64,000 bases of DNA from an uncultured Methanoregulaceae archaeon (lineage in GTDB: Archaea > Halobacteriota > Methanomicrobia > Methanomicrobiales > Methanospirillaceae): the NCBI GenBank assembly GCA_963701095.1, contig OY969564.1, positions 928,001 to 992,000 of the forward strand, given 5' to 3'. A model generated the notes under the pieces. That model did no database searches and was not told the origin of the DNA. It saw nothing but the letters and a program-made list of their open reading frames with translations. Below, one piece after another: positions 33,858 through 43,739 of this stretch; the stretch's first letter is position 1, and the number at the start of each line of letters is the position of its first letter. The position numbers were made by a program, and so were the translations under genes.

Positions 33858-34052
33858 TTACTTCTTTGAAATAATCGTATGTGCATCCTTATCGATTTTA
33901 TAGGATTTCGGGCGCTCAAGAAGATCAAGTGCATTAATTTTCATGTCTACGAGTTCGGAATAATTGAATGACTCGTATTTCTTTTCGCCTTTCTCCTCCC
34001 AGAACACAACAATCCCATTCTCCATTTTTTTACTACTGACAATATCGTGCAT
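33858..34052 (-). CDS. Small hypothetical protein (64 aa)
   Basis: Protein-like composition (MHDIVSSKKMENGIVVFWEE...INALDLLERPKSYKID). Sits between the two repeat copies. Confidence 0.65.
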   Translation of the reverse strand: MHDIVSSKKMENGIVVFWEEKGEKKYESFNYSELVDMKINALDLLERPKSYKIDKDAHTIISKK

Positions 34053-34154
34053 ACTATTCGATCAGGAATGAAAGGGTTATGAATATTGCTGCAGTGATGG
34101 TATAGCGTTTTTGGAAGACGGAAAATCAAAAAAAGTTGAAGACAATAATACGGA

Positions 34155-34292
34155 CCAGCCCAAAATTAGGCTTATTTTTGGAAAAACTCAACGAAAAATC
34201 GGGGCAGTTATTTGGGAATCAAGAGACGATGCATTTTCGCCGAATGCCACCCATCTACAAACATATGAGATGTCCTTCAAAAAGGTTAATTC
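34155..34292. repeat. Direct repeat, copy 2 (138 bp)
   Basis: See copy 1. Differs in length by one C in a C-run (34250-34252). Confidence 0.9.
34188..34254 (-). CDS. Putative micropeptide paralogue (M)VAFGENASSLDSQITAPIFR
   Basis: ATG 34254 has the same 29-nt TATA spacing but is one base out of frame (homopolymer). GTG at 34250 is in frame. 9/21 residues are identical to copy 1. Confidence 0.45.
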
Positions 34293-34615
34293 CCACTCTT
34301 TCTGAATGTGAAGATCACGCCGCATGGTGCTCCCCGCAGCTTGTACCGTATAAACCTGCGATGAGAGGTATTTGCAGGTAACAGCGGGTCAGTGATTGGA
34401 GGCGTGATAAATTATAGAGTATATTTTTAAGAACTTACCAGTCTACGCTATCCGAGAGACGGCTATTAAAAAAAAATGTGTTCATTTGCTTTTCTGAATG
34501 TAAGATGACTTTGCCGGATTGATCTTAACATTTTATCATCAGTGATCGGAATTGTAGAAATTACGTTTTTTTACGTCAATGAAAAAATTAGATTTTTAGG
34601 GTTAATCGACCTCGG

Positions 34616-36802
34616 TCACTTGTACGTGAATTGGTCGGCCGTTGACGTTGCGGATGTACCACCAAGATTAGTGACCGTTACATTAACCACACCTGCTGCA
34701 TGGGGTGGTGATACGATGGTGATTTGAGTACCCGTCGAGGTCAGTTTCTGGTTGTTCGCAGTCAGGGATTCAGAGACAGAAAATGCTGGTGTGGTTCCGA
34801 ACATAATACCTGTCACGCCGTTAAACCCGGTACCGGTAATAGTTACTACTGTGCCTCCAGCTTTTGAACCGGAGTTCGGTGAAACGCTGGTGACGGTTGG
34901 GAGGGCAACATAGGTGAACCCGTCAGCTGCTGAGGAAGCGCTGGTACCGCTTGGTGTCGTGACCGTGGTGTCGACGGTTCCTGCTGAACCGGCCGGGACA
35001 GTCGCGGTGATGTAGTAGTAACCAAGGCGGATGATAATTTTATTAAAGATAATCGGGGGTTGCCATTGAACTACTACATTAGTTGCAGGGTTGCCACCAA
35101 TGGTAACTGCGGTCGTTCCGAATAAATTTGCCCCGTTGATAGTTACATTCACGCCTCCAGCCGTTGAGCCGGAGTTCGGCGAAATGCTGGTGACGGTCGG
35201 GGGAGCCTCATAGGTGTATTGATCGGCTGCTGAAGTTGCAGATATACCACCGGGTGTCTTGACGGTGACGTCTACGACTCCGGCTGTACCGGCCGGGGCG
35301 GTCGCTGTGACGTAGTACTGCAGGGGGTAGAGTGGAATGCATTCTTTAAGAATGGGGTTGTAAAGGCAACGAGCGACAACCTTCACATTAGTCGCCAGTG
35401 TTTTGCCAAAGTATACATTGGTCGTTCCATACAAGTTTGCACCGTTAATGGTTACGGTATTACCACCGGCGAGTGGACCGGAGTTTGGCGAGACGCTGGT
35501 AACAGTCGGAGCTGCTATATACGTATATTGATCGGCTGCTACAACCGGGGATGTACCACCGAATGCATGGACGGTGATATCAACGGTTCCGGCTGCATGA
35601 GCTGGTGCGGTTGCGGTAATCTGATTGGGGCTGTAAACGATGCTGGCGGGAGTAGTGCCAAACTGTACTGATGAAAGTTCAATAAAGCCGCTTCCGGTGA
35701 TAGTTACCGAATTACCTCCATTAGCCGAGCCAGTCGATGGACTGATCTTGGTGATCACAGGGGTTACATAATTTGAACTGATGGTCTGGAACCAATTGTA
35801 TGAAGGGTGATCAGAATATGCATTGTAATTCATATTCATATTAAGCCTGAATGTACCGTCAGGTCTGTTGCTTGGTGCACCCCAGCTGTTCACAACAAGC
35901 CAGTAGGGAGCGCTTGGATTCGTGTCATCATATCCGACGATGTCAACACAATGCCCGCCATTTTGGTTATCCACCATATATGGACTCGGGTCGAAAATGG
36001 CGGTAGATGCATCATTACGCCAGAAATTATAGAAACCATTCGGACCATTCCATCCGTCATCATTCATCATGAAACACCAAATAACGGCTTTATGTGCATT
36101 CAGAGCACTCTTGATATTATTGATGGCAGTGGACTGACTTACACCCTGGGTCGTAATAGTAGTTAGTGAATAGGAGTTCAGGGGATAGAATGGATTGGTC
36201 GAGATGGCACTTAGGGGAGGTGTTGTAGGACCATATGGCTGATTTTCAGGATCGTTACCGTCACCCCAATAGGCGTTCGTGTTGGACCAGGGAATTACTT
36301 TTTGAAGAGTATTATACAGAGACGTAACCGTGGCCGGCCACCCGCCCCCGCATGCACTATCCAGATGTTGTGTCGGGCCGAGTCCATAATTATCATCGAA
36401 GTATTGAGTGGAAAGCCGGTTTGAAATCCCAAAGTTTACATTATGATCAATTTCTATGGCTCCGGTTGTTCCCCAGACAAAACAGTTCCCGCACGATCCC
36501 TGATTTCTTTGTGAAGGAACATACGGGAGATACGACAAAAGGCTTAACGACCCCTGCGGAATAGTTTGGACTGCTGTAAGTCCAGTTGCAGGATATTTTG
36601 GCGTTGCATAATAGTCTTTCTGCATCTGAGCCAGTTGGTCGCTTGTAAGGTGCATGATGGTATGAGTGTTAGTCGATCCACTGGTTCCATCAGCATAGAT
36701 AGGCAAACCGATACCCGCGCCAATAGTCATAACACAAACAATGCACAGGATGAAGAGGATCCTGTTTGAACAAGACAAAAGATTTGTACCCATTTTTCTC
36801 AC
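34616..36802 (-). CDS. Secreted papain-like (C1) cysteine peptidase with four C-terminal IPT/TIG domains
   Basis: Signal peptide, NQGSCGNC, GGHCVDIVGYDD, NSWG catalytic motifs, and four P.V.S.SP.SG...GG..VTI.G repeats. Confidence 0.9.
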   Translation of the reverse strand: MRKMGTNLLSCSNRILFILCIVCVMTIGAGIGLPIYADGTSGSTNTHTIMHLTSDQLAQMQKDYYATPKYPATGLTAVQTIPQGSLSLLSYLPYVPSQRNQGSCGNCFVWGTTGAIEIDHNVNFGISNRLSTQYFDDNYGLGPTQHLDSACGGGWPATVTSLYNTLQKVIPWSNTNAYWGDGNDPENQPYGPTTPPLSAISTNPFYPLNSYSLTTITTQGVSQSTAINNIKSALNAHKAVIWCFMMNDDGWNGPNGFYNFWRNDASTAIFDPSPYMVDNQNGGHCVDIVGYDDTNPSAPYWLVVNSWGAPSNRPDGTFRLNMNMNYNAYSDHPSYNWFQTISSNYVTPVITKISPSTGSANGGNSVTITGSGFIELSSVQFGTTPASIVYSPNQITATAPAHAAGTVDITVHAFGGTSPVVAADQYTYIAAPTVTSVSPNSGPLAGGNTVTINGANLYGTTNVYFGKTLATNVKVVARCLYNPILKECIPLYPLQYYVTATAPAGTAGVVDVTVKTPGGISATSAADQYTYEAPPTVTSISPNSGSTAGGVNVTINGANLFGTTAVTIGGNPATNVVVQWQPPIIFNKIIIRLGYYYITATVPAGSAGTVDTTVTTPSGTSASSAADGFTYVALPTVTSVSPNSGSKAGGTVVTITGTGFNGVTGIMFGTTPAFSVSESLTANNQKLTSTGTQITIVSPPHAAGVVNVTVTNLGGTSATSTADQFTYK

Positions 36803-37386
36803 CTAAAACCCCGATGGGAGACGCATTCCATCGTTTCAAGCCTTTCTACAGACGTTCTCTGGTAGACAAATGCCAAAGGAATACAGTAATACCCAAACAT
36901 CGAGATTTATTTTTGATTAATTTTTAATTAATTAAAATAAATATGCCAATCATAATTGCTATGCAAATTTTTATAAATCCATAATGAATTTTCGGAAATG
37001 ATCAGACATTGAAAAAGAAATAAAATCTTTTATGTTGTTGTTTTGTTTCTGGATCCTCATATATTACCGTCGAGAATCTTTAACGCGCATTCAATCTTAT
37101 ATCCTTTATAAACCGAACGAAAAATTACTTTGAAAGAAAAAGACAGCTCCGCTATTTTCCCATCATTAAATGCATAATTAAGGGAACCCCACAAATCTCC
37201 AGTAATGATGTCCTTTATAATAAGATCGAGCCCCAAATAAGGCAGATTTTTGGAAAAAATGAACGCGCAAGGGGGGGGGGATTGATTAATTTAGAATCTT
37301 TTGTAAAGTCCACAAAGGCCGGATGACAACATTCGTGTATCACGATTAACAGTAGAGATTTCCTTTTATGGAGAGGATTACCTGAA

Positions 37387-38274
37387 TCAAAGAAGTTCGT
37401 GGTGAAGGAGCAATAGTCTGCACCATGTGCCCAAGCTACGGTTCCAGCGATCACAGGATAAGCAAATTTTTGGGGGATTTGAAGAGTACATGGCTCTCCT
37501 GAACTTTGTGAATTCATTCCCGTACCAAGCATCATTAAGCAACCGCTCGTCACCCAGATTGTCAATCGGAAAACCGCCCATACAGCAGGGTTCAACGCTG
37601 AGGTCAGAGTTGACGCTCATCGTCGTCCAAGGATTTATACATCGGACAATCTGATTTGGCCAACAATTGGGATCATTCACGATCTTTTTCGTCACCAACG
37701 GGAAGTGATAACAGGGAATCTTCAGGTGTTTGGCAAGAATTTCAATCTTTGGTGTTGATTCGCCATGGATCATCATAATGGTTCGGAATTTCAATTCAGC
37801 ACATTGCTGCATGATATCTTCCATTCGTGCGACGTAGCAACTAGGATCCGGTGAACCTTCAAAGTGCATTTTGTCTATCGAAATTTTTATACGGTCGCCT
37901 TTGTCAAGCATCCCGAGATGTGTAGTATCTAGATTCCAGCCGTTCGTAGGAAACCGAACGTAATATCCCTTATCTTTCGCAAGGGAAAGGAAACGGTAAA
38001 AGTCCTTATGCAGTGTGACTTCACCTACTCCTTTGAACTCAATAGATTTACAGCCAATTCTACGCGCATCTGATAGTATATAGCAAGCATCCTCGAATCG
38101 CATCATTCCCGGGCCAGTATTTGTATAGAAGTCCGATCCATAAATTCGAGGATAACAATCCTGGCATCTGAAATTACAGGCAGAAGATATATTCAGTATG
38201 ATCGTTCGGAGCAGAGGCTTATGATAAAGATTCAGACCATAAACAACGTGATGATACAGACCATCAAGTTTCAT
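37387..38274 (-). CDS. Radical SAM protein with SPASM/Twitch domain
   Basis: CNFRCQDC, GVGE, TNG and C-terminal CINPW...VEPCC...ICLSC. Confidence 0.88.
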   Translation of the reverse strand: MKLDGLYHHVVYGLNLYHKPLLRTIILNISSACNFRCQDCYPRIYGSDFYTNTGPGMMRFEDACYILSDARRIGCKSIEFKGVGEVTLHKDFYRFLSLAKDKGYYVRFPTNGWNLDTTHLGMLDKGDRIKISIDKMHFEGSPDPSCYVARMEDIMQQCAELKFRTIMMIHGESTPKIEILAKHLKIPCYHFPLVTKKIVNDPNCWPNQIVRCINPWTTMSVNSDLSVEPCCMGGFPIDNLGDERLLNDAWYGNEFTKFRRAMYSSNPPKICLSCDRWNRSLGTWCRLLLLHHELL

Positions 38275-38500
38275 TGATTATTAATTATTGTGTTTAAATT
38301 AATAAAATTTTTTTTATTGCCGTTTAAACCCATGGATATTCACGACACCACACTTGATGATATATAGGAGGACTTTGGATGGAGAAGGTTTCTGTAAAGT
38401 CTGCGGGAATTAAAGTAAAATCAACGTCGAAGAAAGATCTCTCACCTCCCTAAGACTTGACAGAACTTCTTATAATCTCTCATAAAATAATAACAAAAAA

Positions 38501-39262
38501 TTATAATTTATTCATCTTCATTATTATGACGACTGCCACAATCCCAAGCAACATGATCGGTAGTATAACCACCGATGGAAATTCAGGTACTTGTGGGGGA
38601 TTGATCACGTGGATTATAACAGTCCCTTGGCAGAGAATCCCGTTCCACTGGTCGTCAGATTCATAGTAGTACGTAAACGAGTCTGTTCCGGAAAAACTCG
38701 GAAAGGGAGTATAACCAAACCCACCGTCATTATCTATAAAATCCACAGATCCATGACTGGGAGAGGTCCCAAGATGAACCGAACAGGAATGGCCTGGGCA
38801 TTCTCGATAACTCGATATCAGACCTTCGAAGTTCGTAGTGTTTCTCATTATGGTATATGTTGGAGATTTGCAGGTAAACGACACCGGCGCCTCGTATACG
38901 TAATAGGTAACTTTTGCAACATTTGAGTAATTGACGCCATCATAATCACGATAGTAGAATGTGTCGGCCCCCACAAAGACGTAACTTGGACAATAGGTGA
39001 CATCGCCGTCGGGCATCAATGTTAATGACCCACGGTTTGGACCTCGCACAAGTTCTGCTGTGAGAGATGAAGAATAGGGAATGTCATTCAGTAGAACGTT
39101 GTCACCACTAAACATACAAAAATCTGCTCTTGACCAAGCAGTACTGAACGTATCATCTTTCGCCACGATTGCCTTTGCCGGCAGGATCAGCAGAAAGATT
39201 AGAAGAAATAGGTACAACCCCATTTTCAACTTTCTTTGATACTTCATACCATTCCACTCCAA
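38501..39262 (-). CDS. Ig-like (cadherin/Big_9-type) surface protein with PEF-CTERM sorting signal
   Basis: NVLLND, GSLTL..DG..TY.P..F.G.D.F.Y repeated twice; C-terminal VPEFP, TM helix and basic tail. Confidence 0.82.
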   Translation of the reverse strand: MEWNGMKYQRKLKMGLYLFLLIFLLILPAKAIVAKDDTFSTAWSRADFCMFSGDNVLLNDIPYSSSLTAELVRGPNRGSLTLMPDGDVTYCPSYVFVGADTFYYRDYDGVNYSNVAKVTYYVYEAPVSFTCKSPTYTIMRNTTNFEGLISSYRECPGHSCSVHLGTSPSHGSVDFIDNDGGFGYTPFPSFSGTDSFTYYYESDDQWNGILCQGTVIIHVINPPQVPEFPSVVILPIMLLGIVAVVIIMKMNKL

Positions 39263-39513
39263 TTTCCCCGGTATCGCCGAGAATTCGTAGGAGGCAATGT
39301 CATCGATAAAATCAGGTTGGGCGTTAAAAAATCAGAGAAAACAATAGGCAGCCGGGTTCAGTGTTCCCTTAATATTGTTTATCTATTTATATTATCCCAT
39401 AGTGAACTTTATACAACTTATCAAGATATTGCAAAAGATGCATGATAAAGAGAACCGTGTAAATCCACCCAAAAAGATGTCCTTTATAATAAATCACGTC
39501 AATCATGTGATGG

Positions 39514-40402
39514 ATGGTAGAACTAAAGCCGGGCTCAGTGACAGTCGGTGGTGTGACCCTCGATAACCACCTGCTCCTTGCTGCCGGTGTTCTTGGAACA
39601 ACCGGTGCATCCCTGTCAAGGATGCTTGCCCGGGGAGCGGGAGGGGTGGTCACCAAATCAATAGGCCCTCAACCAAAAGACGGACATGCCGGTCCCTGTG
39701 TTGCCCTTCTCGGGGAGGGGATCCTGAATGCCATGGGACTCCCCAACCCATCCCGTGAATTTACTGGTGAGATTTCAGCGCTCAGCAATAAACCGGTGAT
39801 AGTCAGTATCTATGGGGGAAACCCTGCAGAGTTTGCAGAAGTCGCCGGGTGGTTTAAGGGTATGGTCGCTGGCTTTGAACTCAATCTTTCCTGCCCTCAT
39901 GCGGAAGGATACGGGGCTGCAATAGGTGTTAATCCTGATCTTGTCGAGAAATGCACACGCGAAGTGCGTGCGCTGGGGATGCCGACGTGGGTGAAACTCA
40001 CGCCAAATGTGACAGATATTACAGCGATAGGAAAGGCAGCAGAACGCGGGGGGGCGACAGACTATTGTGGCTATAAACACGGTAAAAGCTATGCGCATTT
40101 CAACTGAGTTCAGACGCCCGGTGCTCGGTAACCGCTACGGGGGTCTCTCAGGAAACCCAATTTTCTCTATAGCTGTCCGTTGTGTGTATGAGCTCTACGA
40201 AGCATGCACTGTCCCCATCATCGGGTGCGGGGGGATATCGAGTGCCGATAACGTGATCGAGATGATGATGGCAGGAGCTTGTGCCGTGGAAATCGGAAGC
40301 GCGGTGCTACAGGATATCGGCATCTTTGAGACGATAAAAAACGATTTGTACGCAAAAAAAGGCATTTTGCCCGAAGAGATAATAGGATGCGCTCATGAAT
40401 GA
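39514..40402 (+). CDS. pyrD: Dihydroorotate dehydrogenase family 1B, catalytic subunit (apparent frameshift near 40055)
   Basis: VVTKS, LNAMGLPNP, ELNLSCPH, VKLTPN, AINT, GGLSG. Confidence 0.93.
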
Positions 40403-41159
40403 CCAGCTGCCGGTCAAGGTTTCCCTGACCGAGATACAAAAAGAGACCCCGTCGGTAAAAACATTTTACTTTGACCAGGAGTTCACCTTTGAACCGGGGC
40501 AGTTTGTCATGGTCTGGGTTCCCGGCGTGGATGAAATACCCATGGCGCTCTCGTCGGTTAATAGTATCACGGTCCAGAAAGCCGGTGACGCGACCAGCGC
40601 TATGTTCGATCTTTCTCCAGGGGCAATGCTTGGTATGCGTGGACCGTTAGGAAGGGGGTTTACCCGGGGAGAGAAAATGCTCGCTGTTGCCGGGGGGGTC
40701 GGAGCGGCACCTCTCCTGCCTCTTGCACGTTCTGACTGCGTGATGACCATGCTCCTTGGCGCCAGGACAGAAAAGGAACTTCTTTTTGTCGATCAACTGG
40801 ACGAGAGTACAGATGTTATGATTGCAACCGATGATGGATCCCTTGGCCAGCGCGGGTTTGTAACCGATCTTATACGGGATGTCAGCCTTGCTGCGTATGA
40901 TCGGATAGCAGTCTGCGGACCGGAGCCGATGATGAGGGCAGTACTTGCGATGATCGACGGGCTTGGGTTCGCATCGAGAACTGAATTCTCGCTCCACCGT
41001 TACATGAAGTGTGGCATAGGGATCTGCGGGTCTTGTTGTATCGATCCGGACGGTCTCCGGGTCTGCCGGGATGGCCCGGTCTTCTCCGGGGAGCTTCTCA
41101 AGAAAAGCGAGTTTGGACACTATGCCAGGGGTGCAAGCGGCACAAAGAAAAATATCTGA
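40395..41159 (+). CDS. pyrK: Dihydroorotate dehydrogenase electron transfer subunit
   Basis: PGQFVMVW, GPLG, AGGVG, CGPEPM, MKCGIGICGSC...VCRDGP; overlaps the pyrD stop. Confidence 0.93.
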   Translation: MNDQLPVKVSLTEIQKETPSVKTFYFDQEFTFEPGQFVMVWVPGVDEIPMALSSVNSITVQKAGDATSAMFDLSPGAMLGMRGPLGRGFTRGEKMLAVAGGVGAAPLLPLARSDCVMTMLLGARTEKELLFVDQLDESTDVMIATDDGSLGQRGFVTDLIRDVSLAAYDRIAVCGPEPMMRAVLAMIDGLGFASRTEFSLHRYMKCGIGICGSCCIDPDGLRVCRDGPVFSGELLKKSEFGHYARGASGTKKNI

Positions 41160-41244
41160 ACCCCGGATAAATGTTGGTTTTTGGAACTCACAGATTATTT
41201 TTTGAGCAAAGAAAAACAGATGCATTTCGACTAAACGTTCCCTT

Positions 41245-42726
41245 TTATGGCGAGCGGTCATTCCCATCGGTCGCTATACTGAGACGGTAACTCGCTTTAG
41301 GGACATGGATCTCAAACCGGGCCCCGTTTCCCGGGGTTCCTGTTTCCGTAATGGAAAGACCTGTTATACTTAAAATTTCGACGATCAAAAACAGACCGTA
41401 TCCCGTATTGCGTGAATATTCCCGCCGGAATATTAATTTTTTCGACTCTTCAGGAATACCAATACCATTATCCTCGCAGCAGAGGACAAGATCGTTTTCC
41501 GTCTCGTAATAAGAGAACTGGATACGGGTGACATGTCCGCCATGAATCAATGCATTTTCGATCAGGTTGACAAAAACTTTGGGAAATCCTGAATCCGCAA
41601 AAATTTCCAGATCGCCGACCTCTTGGACAATAACAACATCTTTTTTATCAACACCTGAAGCAACGCCGCTGATAACGGAACTAACCTTGTACCATTTAGG
41701 TTCTCCCGAACCTATGTGCTGGTAGTCCTGCGTAAACCAGATCTGTTTCTGGATCAGGTCTGTTACATCCTCAATCTTTTTAAGATACGCGGAGATGACA
41801 TCGTCTGTTTCCATTTCACGGATGAGAGCAAGGTACATGACGATTGCCGTGATCTGATTTAGGATGTCATGACGGGTGATCCCGGAAAGAGTGTTTATTT
41901 TATGGTTGGCAAACCTGATTGCCGCCTCGAATCGTTTTCGTTCTTCAATTTCTGCGGAAAGTTCCTTATTGACCCGCAAAAATTCTTCAGTGCGTTCTTT
42001 AACTCTTCGTTCCAGATCGTCCCGTGCCCGTTCAATTACCTGTTCAGCCAGCTTGCGTGCGGTAATGTCTATTGCCGAACAAATAACCACATCTCCCTGA
42101 GTCAATGTTGCAGAAACAAGAACCTGACGAACCTGTCCGTCACGGGTGGTGAAGAACAGTTCGAGGTCACCGGTTTCCCGCGACATTCGGATCTTCTGTA
42201 CAAACCGTTCCAGGCCTCCCGCATCAGTAATAATACGGGAGAGATCGGCCCCGGAGAGATCGGCCCGGTCGTATTTAAGCATCTGAACGCATTTTATATT
42301 CACTTCGGTGAGTCGGAGCGTATTCACATCGAAGGTGAATATCCCTGCCTGGGAATTCTCGAATATTTCCCGGTATTTTCGCTCCTCTTCGCGTAATCCT
42401 TCGGCAAATGAGGATGTAACGACACCAATGGTTACAAAAATCACAAACCATGCCGTGGAGACGGCAACATCCTGGGGGTTGAAGCCGCTGTAGGTATACA
42501 CAAGAAGGATGTAGACGGTACTCATCCCTAGAGAGAAATACACACCTTTTGCCGGGTAGAGGTAGACAAAGAGGATTATAGGGATGAAGTAGATGAAGGG
42601 AAAAACCTCGTAAATGCCATGGGAAAGGGAGTAGACGGTAGAGTATAAAGTAATAAACACGGTGATGACGATGGTGATAGTCCAGAAAATCTGATGTCTT
42701 TTCTCCGGTGATATCCTGACGATCAT
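41245..42726 (-). CDS. Membrane PAS sensor histidine kinase
   Basis: Four TM, PAS, H-box TRHDILN, NLIENA, DNGIG, GYGLF. Confidence 0.9.
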   Translation of the reverse strand: MIVRISPEKRHQIFWTITIVITVFITLYSTVYSLSHGIYEVFPFIYFIPIILFVYLYPAKGVYFSLGMSTVYILLVYTYSGFNPQDVAVSTAWFVIFVTIGVVTSSFAEGLREEERKYREIFENSQAGIFTFDVNTLRLTEVNIKCVQMLKYDRADLSGADLSRIITDAGGLERFVQKIRMSRETGDLELFFTTRDGQVRQVLVSATLTQGDVVICSAIDITARKLAEQVIERARDDLERRVKERTEEFLRVNKELSAEIEERKRFEAAIRFANHKINTLSGITRHDILNQITAIVMYLALIREMETDDVISAYLKKIEDVTDLIQKQIWFTQDYQHIGSGEPKWYKVSSVISGVASGVDKKDVVIVQEVGDLEIFADSGFPKVFVNLIENALIHGGHVTRIQFSYYETENDLVLCCEDNGIGIPEESKKLIFRREYSRNTGYGLFLIVEILSITGLSITETGTPGNGARFEIHVPKASYRLSIATDGNDRSP

Positions 42727-43583
42727 GATTTTCTCTCCTTTTCATCATCTGAATGATCCTTGCGGTCACCTGACAGGAGGGTGTTTTCAAGGCGGCGACG
42801 CTCTAAAATCTCATTACGCAGTTCGTCGTTTATTCGCTCGAGATGTGCGGTGCGTTCCCTGACCTGGCGTTCCAGATCCTCAAGTGTCTGGCGTATCTCC
42901 TCGTCAGCCATCCTTGAGTTTGTCACATTAGCAACAGAACAGAGAACGGTGTCTTTTCCAACGTAGAGAGGTGAGATAATAAAACGGATGATCCCTCCGT
43001 TTTTCTGCCGGAAGAGGGTTTCAAATACCACACCGGCAGCATTTCTTTTTTTTATCTCCTCGAGGAATCGTTGATGTGCAGTTGGGTCAGTCCAGATCGT
43101 GATCAAAGGTTCTCCTTTGAGTTCAGTACGGGAATACTGGAGCCATTGAGCACATTTCTGGTTAATCTCGCGGATTTTCCAGGTTATAGGATCAAAACAC
43201 AGTATCCCCTCTATGGTATTATCCATGATATTGAGGATCCTCATTTTTTCTTCGAGGAGACCGTTTGCATAAGAAGAAGCCACAACCGCCAGAGTAACAA
43301 AGATGGCAAACCAGGCAGTGGAAACAGCGATAAGGAAGGGGTTAAAGGATCCTAAAATGTAAACAAGGCCGATATAGATGATGCTTATACAGAGTGCAAA
43401 GAGGACAGCTCGCCGGGGATAAAAATAAACAACGCAAATGATGGGAAGAATATAAAGAAACGAGAAAACAGTAAAGACCCCATGAGTGAGGGAAAAGAGC
43501 GTTCCGACGACCGCACTGATGGTCGCAACGATAACAATACAGAGACGTAAAAATGCTTCCCTGTCAAGTGCGTGTGGTCCCAT
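42723..43583 (-). CDS. Membrane PAS sensor protein without kinase domain
   Basis: Four TM, one PAS domain, coiled coil (LERQVRERT), then stop. Overlaps the downstream kinase start. Confidence 0.8.
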   Translation of the reverse strand: MGPHALDREAFLRLCIVIVATISAVVGTLFSLTHGVFTVFSFLYILPIICVVYFYPRRAVLFALCISIIYIGLVYILGSFNPFLIAVSTAWFAIFVTLAVVASSYANGLLEEKMRILNIMDNTIEGILCFDPITWKIREINQKCAQWLQYSRTELKGEPLITIWTDPTAHQRFLEEIKKRNAAGVVFETLFRQKNGGIIRFIISPLYVGKDTVLCSVANVTNSRMADEEIRQTLEDLERQVRERTAHLERINDELRNEILERRRLENTLLSGDRKDHSDDEKERKS

Positions 43584-43739
43584 GTACGTGCATTCTCCCG
43601 GATTAAAGTGCTTACGTCGCCCTTATCACGGTATACCTATTATTAAAGAGTGATTTTAATGCATATAATGTTAGAGGCTCGATCCGGTTAAAACGGGGGT
43701 ATTCACCAGACATGGGTAATTCTTTTTGTTATGACTAAG

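Noticed and set aside
33661..34292. Repeats as a CRISPR array or prophage att sites
   Set aside because: Only two long, internally diverged copies about 500 bp apart. No spacer periodicity, cas gene or integrase.
34616..35760. Diversity-generating retroelement acting on the variable TIG loops
   Set aside because: No reverse transcriptase or TR/VR pair with adenine-specific mismatches in the window. The loops differ in length, not by A-to-N substitution.
38379..38453. 24-aa ORF MEKVSVKSAGIKVKSTSKKDLSPP with an AGGAGG SD, as a possible rSAM precursor peptide
   Set aside because: Opposite strand to the rSAM gene, no second copy and no recognisable core motif; could be chance.
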